Program-made: the position numbers and the translations under genes
Shown: positions 46,607-59,033 of the stretch, in pieces
Layout: every line of letters begins with the position of its first letter
Numbering within the stretch: the first letter of the stretch is position 1
The notes under the pieces: generated by a model
Databases searched by the model: none
The model's input: the letters and a program-made list of their open reading frames with translations, nothing else
Told to the model about the DNA's origin: nothing
From: Squalus acanthias
Taxonomy: Eukaryota
Length of the DNA: 64,000 bases
Assembly (NCBI GenBank): GCA_030390025.1
Contig: CM059453.1
Location: 248,001 to 312,000, forward strand
Direction of reading: 5' to 3'

Positions 46607-49310
46607 GTGATAGATAGATAGATAGGTAGAATTAGTAATCTTCTGTGCTATATCATCAATTACACCCACGGCACAAAAGTGGTGCTGTGGATTCCGCGTT
46701 AATTTGTTTAATATTAATGGACATTCCAATTACAACGGCCGAGCTCATGTTAATAATCTACACCCATGTCTTTTCAATGTGCTGTATAGTATTCCAAAGC
46801 TATTCTGACACAATGAAGTCCCAACACTAGTTTCTCCCTTGCACCGATTCTCAGAGTGCCATTTCAAGTTGTGTATTTGTTTAACATTCGTAAGTTATTA
46901 TCACAGAGTATTAATCTGTGGCTAGTAAATTATTCATGCACAACTATCACACCTCGCCATTTAAAACCACTCCTGTACTTGTACATGGTCAAACAATAGA
47001 ATTAAAGGCTGTAAATTTTCCATTTCTTATCATGCAAACAAAACTCGGTTCACCAAAGAGAAGAATTCCGTCTGTGTCACTTGAATGAAACTTTGAGCTC
47101 ATCGATTTTCATTTTGACTCTTATTGAATCCCTGGGCTGCAGCATGTTGGTAATGCAGAGCCAGCAATAAACTAAAGGGAATATTGTCGATTATCATTAA
47201 TCGTTTTAATTCAGGAAAAGACTGGGTCGAATGGGAAAATAATTGCGAATTCGCCATAATAACTATATTTACATGTCGCTAACATACAGAATGCCAAGGT
47301 AAGAGAGACCAGAGTGAGTCTCTCTATCCCCGTATGTTGGGTTTCCCAACACTGATTCTGTTTAAATCGAAGCAGAAATCATTGGTATCACTGTACCACG
47401 TGTTCTTTATCTATCTGTACCACGCTCGTTGTTCGTGCTTGCAGTACTTGGCCCAATATTCTCCATTTCCAACTTGAAAGCTTGCTGGAGTTCGATTTCT
47501 CCAATCTCTCGCTTAAGCTGCTTTTTTGCAGATGCTTCCCTTCACTACGAGGTTTGTCCCGAGGCCCATTACCCCGGAGTCTGCTCCTGTCCTCACTGGA
47601 TATTGAAAAGGCTACTTGCAGCACGGTTCACTGAACAGCGATACATACTATGGAAGAAATGCCCCTCTCTAACCCGGGCTCCGAGTCCATTTGGATTCCC
47701 TCAGCCAAGATTGATCAATGAGCGAATTGATTACTTTCGGAGCTGCATTGCTCAACTGCATCGGTTAAAGGCATTGAGAGCAATTGTGCGATGCAACTCA
47801 CTGCCACCCCCCGGGTAACCTGAAGCTGATTTATTACAGAAGGAGGAAGCGTCCGCGGACGAAGGAATGGGTAGTAACGGAAGACCGTGCACTCTGATCT
47901 CCATAATGCGACATTTCCGTGTCCAACCGATAGATACAGTGCAAGTGAAATCTGATGGATACTTCACAGCCTTCTCATCGGATTAGACATGTTAAACACG
48001 CTGTACACTGATGGAAGGTTTGGATCAATGGGTGCAGTGCAGACCCATTTTGCCGCCTGTGAACACAATAAAATTCAAGCTACTGCCTTTGTGTTGACTA
48101 TTGCCTGTTATTGAATCACTCTGAGCTGCTTCCAACGATATTATTTAATGTATGAAAAGACTATTAAACAGGAGAGCCAACCGGGTTATTGAAGCGATTT
48201 CACTATAACGGTGATTAGTAAACATTTTTTGGGCAATTTGCAGATCCACATAATGGTTGTGTTACTGGAGTAGTAAACCAGAGGCCTGGACTAATGATCC
48301 GGAGACATGAGTTCAAATCCGCCACGCCAGCTGGGGGAATTTCAATTCAGTTAATTAAATAAATCTGGAATAGAAAGCTAGTATCAGTAATGCTGACGAT
48401 GACACTGCCAGATTTTCGGAAAAACCCAATTGGTTTCCTAATGTCCTTTAGGGAAGGAAATCTGCCGTCCTTACCCGGCATGGACTACATGTGACTCCCG
48501 AACCACAGCAATATGGTTAACTCTTAACTGCCCTCTGAAATGGCGGAGCAAGCCACTGAGTTAAGGGCAATTAGGGAAAGGCAATAAATGCTAGCCTTGA
48601 CAGCGAGCCCCACATCACGTGAATGAATAGACACAAATATTGCACCTGTTCAAGAAGGCGACTCAGCACCACCTTCTCAAGGAAAACTAGGGATGGGCAA
48701 TAAATGCCGGATTTCCCAGCGACGCCCCCGCAGAGAGTTATTTTAAAAATGTTCCTGCATTTTTCCCACGGCCAAATTTCCAATTATGCCCCCCTTCTGA
48801 ACATCTTCTTTCTTGTTGAAATGTAATTCCCGCTGGGAGCTCTCAAATGATCAGATCTTAGCTTGCAAGCCTCAAAGCGAGTGTCGGCGGGATTTTTAAC
48901 AGGAGCGGGAGCCCTGATGACCTTTAAGTGTCTAGCTCAGTTGAGCTAGACAGCGGACAGACTTATTGCTGAATTGATCCTTGGTTTTTCAGACTGCTGG
49001 ACAATCTACAATATCAATTTAATCTCAAATCTGATTCCTCCTGAAGCCCGAGCACTTGCTTGTTCGATGTTCTGCTTGGATGAAGGCTTCGCAATCCAAC
49101 AGCGCCACACAGTGTCAGGCCGACAGCATTACATTGGCAATCTGCAACTGTATCATCAGACACATCTGAGTCCGAAAGGGGCAGAAATCCCGCATCTTGC
49201 GCAGACAAACTGCTAGTTTACCTCACCCTCCCCAAGATAGACTGCTTAAGTATGTACAGGTGCGTTGACCGAAGCAGAAGTGGCTGGAGAATGTGCTCTG
49301 CTTGAAGCGA

Positions 49311-49344
49311 TGCACTTGCTTCCTTTGTCCAGTAGATGGCGTGC
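49311..49344 (+). promoter_or_regulatory. CTCF-binding motif with variant upstream module
   Basis: TGCACTTGC-N6-TGTCCAGTAGATGGCGTGC. Confidence 0.5.
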
Positions 49345-49724
49345 GCTGTGCTTTGGTCGCTTTCCGCACATCCTGTCCAGGGAAGGTAGAGCGCCAAAGG
49401 CCATTTGAACCATTTTGCAGAGCAAGCACAGGAAGCTTCAGTTAGCTGAGTGGAATCTTAACCGGAAAAGGTAGTGAAGCTTGTAAAGTTCCTGTTGGAA
49501 TGCCTGTTCCTATTAGCAAATCATCCTGTGTGTATTAGGTTAAATATAGTAAAGGGTGGCGATTTACCAAGGTGACTCTTTGCTTCACTTCATGCTTATT
49601 ATCTGGTTGCCGTTTGAACACAGTCATTTTATGGCACTCAGCTTGCTTTTTTAATTTAACTGGGACTTTGGAATGTGTTACACTGTGCCGGCAAATACGT
49701 TAATGTAAAAAAAATACAAAACCA

Positions 49725-50272
49725 TATTATTGCGGATGCTGGAAATCTGAAATGAAAACAGAAAATGCTGGAAATACTCAGCAGCTCCGGCAGCATCCGT
49801 GGAGAGAGAAACAGAGTTAACGTTTAAGGTCGGTGAATTTTCATGAAAACTGGAAGAGGATAGAGATGTAACAGGTTTTAAGCAACTGCAGAGGCAGGGA
49901 AAGGGGGAGGGGAGGAAAGAACAAAAGGGAATTTCAGTGATAGGGTGGACGGCAGTAGAGATTAAATGACAAAAAGGATGATGGTGCGAGGTGAAAGTAT
50001 ATGGTATGGGAAAAGTAAATAAACGGAAGATGGATTTGGGGGATATGTAAATGGTAATAGCAGAATCATCAGCAAAAGCCTCCGTCCGAAAAAATGCGGG
50101 CAGAGGTCATGAACTGAAATTGTGGATCTAAATGTTGTGTCCGGAATCTTGTAAAGTGCCTAATCGAAAGATGAGGTGCTGTTCCTCGTACTTCCATTGA
50201 GCTTCATTGGAACAATGTAGGAGGCGGAGGACAGAGAGGTCAGTGTGGGAGTGGGGAGCTGAAGTAAAGTTT
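49725..50272 (-). mobile_element. Older Penelope-like element of a second family (GIY-YIG C-terminus and 3' end)
   Basis: Minus strand reads FTSAPHSHTDLSVLRLLHCSNEAQWKYEEQHLIFRLGTLQDSGHNI. Terminus gcggatgctggaaatctgaaat..gaaaatgctggaaatactcagcag. Confidence 0.8.
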
Positions 50273-50769
50273 GTTTCTTACTTTACAAACCGGTGGGGAA
50301 TGCAGTGAGAGTAATCCAGAGAACAAGAGTTAAAATCTAAACATGGCAGTTTGAGAATGTGAATGCAGGTTTTACAAATCTGCACGTAAAAAAGCTGGAA
50401 TCTCAGAGAGTGACCTTGTAGCTGGTGAATGCCACTCAGTCGAATCAAACTCAGTGCGGCCATGGATGAGAATGAAATACATTCTTTGCCATCGCATGTC
50501 TAGGTTGCTTGTCGAAAAATATTCTAATCATGAAGCTCAAGCTGAATTAATCGCAGACCAATCTCTTTATCATTCCAAACTTTCAGAAGGATACCGATGG
50601 AATCAAAATAAACAGAAAGTTTAGCTGCTGTAGTGAAGGAAATTGGTGGAAGTTGACAGGAAGGTGAAGGTTTATTACACTGTAATGGGAGAGTTTGCAA
50701 ATCTGACCCAACAACCAATAGAGACAGTCAATGGTATCCGGCAGGGCTATTTAACAAAATAATTGGGAG

Positions 50770-51332
50770 GGGACCCCTCCAGAGACTTGAGCACAAAAAT
50801 CTAGGCTGACACTCCAGGACAGTCCTGAGGGAGCGTGGCATTGTCGGAGCAATGTACTGAGGAAACGCTACACTATTGGAGGGTCAGCACTGAAGGCGTG
50901 CTACATTGTCGCAGGGCCAATTCTGAGGGAGCGCAGCGCTGTCGGAGGGGCAGTACTGAGGGAGCGCTGCACTGTCGGAGGGGCAGTACTGAGGGAGTGC
51001 TGCACTGTCGGAGGTGCCGTCTTTCGGATGAGACGTTAAAGCAAGGCCTCGTCTGCCCTCACAGGTGGACGTAAAAGATCCCATTGCCACTATTTCGACG
51101 AAGAGCAGGGGAATTATCCCCGGTGTCATGCAACAATATTTATCCCTCCATCAACATGACAAAAACCGATGATCTGGTCATTATCAAATTGCTGTTTTTG
51201 GGAGCTTGCTGTGCGCAAATTCGCTGCCACGTTTCCTAAATTACAACAGTGACGACACTTCAAAAGTAATTCATTGGCTGTAAGGCACTTTGGGACGTCC
51301 TAAATGGCGCTATAGAAATGCAAGTCTTTCTG
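50770..51332 (+). mobile_element. DeuSINE, duplicate with a shorter 33-bp array
   Basis: Homologous to 13165-14052. Confidence 0.75.
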
Positions 51333-51659
51333 TTCTTTTTGTTCCGAAATGAAATAAATATTCGAACTGGGAAATAGTTATTTTATTATTAAAGCAGATA
51401 AAAAAGTTTAAAATTACATTTACCATTCCCGCCCCCTTCCTGCACCGGTTCGGACGTGTGTTTGGAGTGGACAATCTTTGGGATTGTAAAGCAAATCGTC
51501 TCACAAAGAGATTTTAAAATGTTAGCTATTAGTCTCGGAAAGATATCCATTATCACAGCACTTCCTGGAGTACGAGTTTCTGTTCGAACTCATAAAAAAC
51601 AATTGTGTGAAGATATTGAACAGTTCCATCTGTCAGAATAGGGTGAATGCCGCTGATTT

Positions 51660-54600
51660 TCATTTGCTTTTAATTGCGGCTTATTCACTGGACTCCTCGT
51701 ACTGGTGATTTCGCTCCTGCTTTCGAACCTTTGAAACACTGACAGCTGCATACAGGACCTCTTCACTTTGAGCTGACTGGTTTGATGGAGCCCCTCTCAC
51801 ACTAGTGTTTCTATACTTGTCTTGTCTCTGTAACAGAAAGTAGTGCGTTAGATGTGGAGCTACTGAACCGTGTGAGACTGCGCTTACTGTTACAGAATAA
51901 TCCGTTTTATTCCATCACCTCCACCATTCTAATTGTCCCATTCAGCTGCTTCTGCCTCGAAAAGGAAACCTTGTGCTTCCGCTGGCCCGAGTAACGGCGC
52001 GCCAAAAGTATTGCCCCCTCCTCAACACTCAGCCGTCTGATTTTGATAGCGCCGCGAACGTTCAGAGGAGCGGTACCAAACAACATTTGAGATCGCCCAT
52101 TAATGTCCCTTTATAAATTAAATAAGTTCACATAACACTTACATTGTACAGAAATCTGTGTGGAGCTGTATGCGGTGCCCAGGGTATTTTCAGCAATGCA
52201 CCAATACTCCCCCTCATCTTCAGAACTAATGCTGTGAAATATCTGCTTTAGTTCACCGGTGGAAGACCTGCTGATCTCTGTACCATCTCGGAGCAATGTT
52301 AAACTGACCGGCGGGTTCCCCATGGTCGTTCAGTATAATAATAAAAGACTTCCTTCCATTATTACTATAGAGGAATTGACGCTTGGTTTCCACAGTGCAT
52401 ATGAAACACGCAAGATCATTGATGTTATCGGAAAATGTCGGAGCAGAGGTTTAAAAAACAAACCGGTTGACAAACAACGAAGAATATTAAAGCAGGTGGT
52501 TATATTGTCAACTGTAAATTGAAAAGCCAGCTTGAGATTGTTGATGTTCCACCGACAAGCTTATTTAGATCTGAACCATGATTTAACTCAACCTTTCCTC
52601 CTCTTCTGTTCAAAGAGTTGTAGTGACTGCCTCCACGTGGTTCTGCCCCACAGATCCGTCAATCAAGCGGCCATTCCTCCCAGAGCAAGAACAGTGGGCT
52701 TTCCCATCCCTTAAACAGAGCTGTTGAGGCCAATTGTAGTAACCCGACCATCGCCCAGCCAACTCGACACAGACCCTCTGTGTCAGGTACTCTCTGTCTG
52801 CAACTATATCAGGAATTGGGAGCTTTTGTAATAATATTTGACGTAAACGACAACCAGGGAGCGACCAATATTACTCCATGGGCCTGTATCAATTTTAAAA
52901 AATACAACTTATAGTAAATCTCAGATAGTCAATTTGGTTCATTGATTATAGAAACATAGGCCATTCAGCATTTCGAGTCTGTTCAACTAATCAATTAGAT
53001 CATGGTTAATCCATATTTTAACTCCGTCCACCAGCCTTTGCTTTATTGTAACCCTTAACACACTTACCTATAAAAAAAACTATTCATCGCAGTTCTGAAA
53101 TTTTCAATTTTCCAGGCCAGCTATCACTCTACTGAGAATAAAGACAAGTTTGGATCTTATCTGCCAACAGGATGGTAGAATGAAGGGTACAGCAGTTAAT
53201 TACAGTCCAGTGTAAGTGTTTCTTGAACGGTATCGACGACACCATCAACTATAAGCTTATATCCCATCCTTTTGCCTTTATGGTGAAGGTGAACATTGAT
53301 GAAACCGTCCAGGAACCCGCGAAACTTTTGCCACTGTGTCTTGAAATGTGTTTCTCTTGCAGTGTAGGAGGTTTATCCTCGTCCTGAATCTACATCAGTT
53401 CAGGTTTGGCGGATGGGCAACTGGTGGTGACTGAGCAGGACAAATGTGCTGGTTGTCCAGCAATCAGTCACCCAGAGACTGATATCCATGACTTATCTGT
53501 AAGGAGAGAAAGAAATTCGCGTTACAGTGGCTTTCAAAATAAGAAAAATAGGGAGTGAAGATAAAGGCGATTCAGCCCAACGCCTGAGATAATATCTTGA
53601 ATAAAAATTATTGTTTTTTTCCATTGTTCCCTGGTGACGGACACGAACTCGATGGGCCGAATTACCTCCTTCTGTGCCGTTCTGACTCTATGGTGCAGGG
53701 GAAGGAGCCTATTGGCAGTTATTACTTAACGGTTACCGAATCAATCGGTTGACGTATGTGTTCCTGAACCTCATTATCACCCACTATATAACATGAATTA
53801 TTCATTGCTGGCCTGTTTCTTATAGATCAGTCACCACTCTATTGAACACAAGTGTTTCAACTTAAAATGAGGTCCGACAAAACATAGAAAACTGGGTCCA
53901 AGATTATGTTCCATGTCTGCAGTTGGGATAGAATCTAGGATACTCTTAGACTAATGGCTCAGTGTCACGTGAAACGCTTAATTTACCCTATGAGGAACAG
54001 GGGTGAATTTAACTCTTGCTTATAATTAATTTGAACTCATTTAAGGTCGTGATAGGAGCGCTGCATACGGTCTTCAGGGAGAGTGAAAGGTTATCTATCC
54101 TCGTTTGTTCCCATTAACAACAGCGGGAAAGTGCAAAGATATCATAAGAAAGCAAGACCCGGTTAAGGGATTCAAGCCCTAACTCAGAGACTAAAGCAGA
54201 AGCTGTAGCCTGACACTCCATTGCAGTACTGATGCAATGCTACAATGCTGGAGATGCCATCTTATGGATGAGACGTTAAACCGATGTCCCGTCTTCCCTC
54301 ACAGGTGGATGTAAAAGATCCCAATGTATTATTTCAAATGTCCCGTGTCCTGGTTAACATTTTGCATCAACCAGCACCTAAAACAGATCATCTGGTCACT
54401 ATTGCATTGTTGAGATATCCCTCCTATCCTTAAGTCTTGTCCACTTATTCCCCCTCAGTAGTACAAACCTTGACATTTTTGTCCCGAATCCAAAAAGGAT
54501 TGTATTTTGACCCGCCAGTCTGTACATCTGAAAACAACATTTAGTGTTTCTCTTTCTAACTGAACATTACAGCGAGCTTCTGTAAGTGTGTAAGAATGGC

Positions 54601-57170
54601 AGTGCTGAATATCTGTTCAGGTCAAAACATAACAAGTCAACTGGTCCAGATGAGATGCATCCTCGGTAGCTGAGGAAGCTAAAAAGGATACAGAAGAAGC
54701 TCTGACAACAATCTCTCAATCCTCAATGGATATTGGAGTGGTACCAGAAGACTTGAGGATTTCAAACTTTACACCGCTGTTCAAGAAAGTGGAGACGGAT
54801 GAACCTGGGAACTACATCTTAATCAGTCTAACGTCAGTGGTGGGAAAGCTAAATAAGTCCACTATGAAGGACGAGATTAATTCTCACTTGGAGACGCATG
54901 GGTTTATTAGGGAAGCCAGCAGGGCTTTGTTAAAGGCAAATCGTGATTGACTATCCCGATTGAGTACTGCGATGAAGCAATAGAGAGGGTTGATGACGGT
55001 AGTGCAGTTTATGTTGCATATGTGGACGTTAAAAAGGGTTTGGATGAAGTAACTCATAACAGGCTATTCGGAAAATAGAAGAACAATGTATTTAAGGGAT
55101 GGTGGCAACGTAATTACGAAATTGGCTAAGGGATAGGAGGCAGAGTGAAGTGGTGAACGGCTGCTTTTCTGACAGGAGCGAATTATTCTGTGGGATCCCC
55201 CATGGGGTTGATATTAGCACCATTGCTAATCTTGTTCTATATGAATGATCTGGACTTGGGTATTGGGAGTAACGTTTCGAAGTTTGCGAGTGATACAAAA
55301 CTTGGCAACGCATTAAATCGTGAGCATGATTTTAGCAGACTTCAGGAGGACATCTACAGACTGTTAAAATGGGCAGGCACATGGCAGATGCAATTTACTG
55401 CGGATAAGTGTGAAGCACAAATGCACTTTGGGAGAAATATATGGAGAGGCAACATACGCTAAATAGTACTATATTTTGAGGGAGGCTGCAAGAACAGATG
55501 GTCATGGGGTACATCTTGACATTTCTTTGAAGATGGCAGGGTTCATTGACAAGGCGTTTAAAAAGAAAGCACATAGGATACTTCGGTTATTTTTACATAG
55601 GGTCAATGAAAATAAAAACAAGGATGTCATGCTTAAGTTTCACAAATCTCTGGTTTTGCCTCAGCTGGAGTTTTGTGTACAATTCTCGGAATTACACTTG
55701 AGGAAGGAGGTCAAGGCCCTGGAGGAGGTACTGAAGAAGTTTGCCAGGATAATACCAGTGATGAGGACCTTCAGTTACGTGGAGAGAATGGAGAATGGGC
55801 TTGTTCTCCTTATAGTAGAGAAGGATAACGGGAGACCTAACAGTGCTATTCAAAATTGAGGGGTTTTGATAGAATAATTAAGGAGAAACCATTTCCTCTG
55901 GCATTTGGGTTGGTAACCAAAGTTCTCACATTTAAACCAATTGGCATAAGAACTTGTGGGGAAATGGGGTGAAATTTCTTCACCCAGAGGTTTGCTAAGA
56001 TTTAGAATGCACCACCTGAAAGGATGGTGGCATCCGATTCAATGGGAATGTTTTAAAAGCAATTAAAGCTGTCCTAAAACAAGGCTGATTTACAAGGTTC
56101 TGTGGAAAAAGATAGGGAGTGGGACTAAATTGTTTATGTCTTTCAAAGAGCCGGCAAAGGCGTGGTAGGCCGAATGGCCTCTTTCTGTGCTGTAAGATTC
56201 TATGATTTTATGAATCTATTCTATAACAAAATCATGGGTATCATGCAGTGTACCAGCCCTGCCGCTGTAGCCTGTAACTTGGGCCAAGAGTAGTAAGAAA
56301 TCTTTACATTGAAGCTCAAATTAAATGACACTGAGGAGATGGAAGATAAACTATAAAGGACAAATTCAAAAACTTACATAAAATAGAAAGAGTGACCTTA
56401 GATCCGGAAGAATATCCTTATATATTATTCTGGGCGGTGATGATCTTCAATAAGAAATAATAGGCAACTTGATCGAGCTTGCTGATGTCCTTTAACCGTA
56501 AGGAACACTGTTTCTTTATAAATTCGCCGGTGAACTCAGCTCTACCGCTATATTTCAAGGGCACGTTTTCTGAATCCCGGGAATCATAGATAATCGAGCC
56601 CCCTGAGGTTCAAGGATCAGGACCCCACTTTAACCACATACACTGGGGACTGAGGCCATAGGTGGGATAATCAAATGTACACGGGATCTCTGCACATGAC
56701 CCGTTCACCGCCGACACTTTCCACGGCACCTTCAGAGACGATCATGAACTATGCACAAATGTTGAAAAAATAGAAATTATACACCCATTGAAATCCGCAA
56801 TAATATAACAATATAAATATACCCTGAATGTCAAGTTAAATACTATTAATTTAACCTTTAAACACCCACTAACATATTCATTCGTACATCTAATGAAATT
56901 CGTGCAATTTTCTCCAAAACTCTTTAAATTCTATTAAATATTCCATTGCAAGCCAATAAATCATAGCGTAATTATCAAATCAATCCTATATAATACATAA
57001 TAAAGTTCATAATAAAATATACATTAAATACCCATTGTGTGAATGCACAAATCATTGACTAACCGTATGCTATGTCTAAAACATTGTTATTTTTTCTGAC
57101 AAAAATTATTAAAAATGAATATTTTACCTTCGCTAAATATCAGAATGGAAATAAATCTAATACTCTTCAT
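51660..57170 (-). pseudogene. Gene A copy 2: Siglec-like pseudogene
   Basis: Exons: 57170-57128; 56758-56378 (acceptor AG>AT, three stops); 53496-53204 (shared TGA at 53470-53468, 13-nt deletion); 52400-52143 (acceptor AG>AT, shared TGA at 52332-52330); 51827-51660 (VLYAAV, shared TAA at 51683-51681). Confidence 0.92.
54630..56220 (+). mobile_element. Old degenerate CR1 RT fragment with tail (gene A intron 2)
   Basis: TPLFKK..PGNY..ISLTSVVGK, SKFASDTKLG and LVLPQLEFCVQF motifs; CR1 tail at 56165-56220. Confidence 0.9.
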
Positions 57171-58009
57171 GGCTGGAGGCGGTGGACGATGTCAAAATGA
57201 CATAAATTGTTTTTATCTCAGAGATAAGTGATGTACTTTCTGTGTTCGGTTCGCCGGTAATATATTGGAGTTCATAATGATTCGAATCACAATATCAGGA
57301 GGTCAGTAGTTCGCCACCCACCAATCATTGTGAACCGTGGTTGCTCACACAGCTTTCGCCACTCCTCAAATGTTGTTGATCTAAACTGCTGGAAATCTGG
57401 GACTCCTCAAAGATAACAGTTTACATCAGTGTGTGGCCCGCTGTTGCAGGATATATGAGGCTGACCTACTGCTAAAGAACCCTGAGCAGAGCTACATCCA
57501 GCCCCCTCGTCATCTGCACAGTTACAGGACAGGCAGTGGCACTTCAGATTGCAATAGCTAAAATTGCCTTCTACATCAACTTTAGACGCCTCGACTCTCA
57601 ACTCCCACACACTGAGCTACTTATCAGCGCTTGAACTGCGAGTGTTTGAAGTGTGAAGCTGTGGTTAGTCCTGTAGCCGTTGTCTGCAGAAGTGTGGGTT
57701 GATCACCTTCAGTAGTTCGGGGGCACAACACGTATCTGAAATGCCAAATGTTCACGTGTTTCTCAGAAAACAGTTTCAAGAACTTAAACTGCCATTTTTA
57801 GAAGTGCTTTCAATTGTTTATATTAACAGTCCAGCGAGCAGAAATCTGCTGAAATTAACTCATTGAGATCCGAGTTGCTACAATGAAAAGTTTCTGAATT
57901 TACTGACTTTAGTGTTAGAACTGTGAGGTGTGACTTGAGCTTTTAGATTCGAGGCTCAGCGCTGCTGGAAAGATTGTGGATATTTTTATCTACGGGAACA
58001 AATCCCTGC

Positions 58010-59033
58010 GATGTGTTTTCAGACCCAGGTCTCAGCTTCGCTTTACTGACTAGTTTAGGGATGTGTGTTCAGACCCAGGTCTCAGCTTGGCTTTACTGAC
58101 TAGTTTAGGGATGTGTGTTCAGACCCAGGTCTCAGGTTGGCTTTACTGACTAGTTTAGGGATGTGTTTTCAGACCCAGGTCTCAGCTTGGCTTTACTGTC
58201 TAGTTTAGGGATGTATTTTCAGACCCAGGTCTCAGCTTGGCTTTACTGTATAGTTTAGGGATGAGTGTTCAGACCCAGGTCTCTGCTTGGCTTTACTGAC
58301 TAATGCAGGGTTGTGTGTTCAGACAGGTCTTAGCTTGGCTGTACTGACTAGTTTAGGGATGTGTGTTCAGACCCAGTTCTCAGCTTGGCTTTACTCACTA
58401 GTTCAGGGATGTGTGTTCAGACCTAGGTCTCAGCTTGGCTTTACTGACTAGTTTAGGGATGTGTGTTCAGACCCAGTTCTCAGCTTGGCTTTACTGACTA
58501 CTTTAGGGATGAGTGTTCAGACCCAGGTCTCAGCTTGGCTTTATTGACTAGTTTCGGGATGTGTGTTCAGACCCAGGTCTCAGCTTGGCTGTACTGAATA
58601 GTTTAGGGATATTTGTTCAGACCCAGGTCTCAGCTTGGCTGTACTGACTAGTTCAGGGATGTGTGTTCAGACCCTGGTCTCAGTTTGGCTTTACTGACTA
58701 GTTTAGGGATGTGTGTTCAGACCCAGGTCACAGCTTGGCTTTACTGACTAGTTTAGGGATGTGTGTTCAGACCCAGGTCTCAGCTTGGCTGTACTGACTA
58801 GTTTAGGGATGTGTGTTCAGACCCAGGTCTCAGCTTGGCTTTAATGACTAGTTTAGGGATGTGTGTTCAGCTCTCAGCTTGGCTGTACTGACTAGTTTAG
58901 GGATGTGAGTGCAGACCCAGGTCTCAGCTTGGCTTCACTGACTAGTTTAGGATGTGTGTTCAGACCCAGGTCTCAGCTTGGTTTTACTGACTAGTTTAGG
59001 GATGTGTGTTCAGATCCAGGTCTCAGTTTGCTT
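58010..59033 (+). repeat. 50-bp minisatellite, about 20 units
   Basis: Same unit as 24566-25200. Confidence 0.95.

Noticed and set aside
48929-48952. Perfect 11-bp hairpin TGTCTAGCTCA-GT-TGAGCTAGACA
   Set aside because: Resembles a tRNA D-arm/SINE head relic; no other support for a structured RNA.
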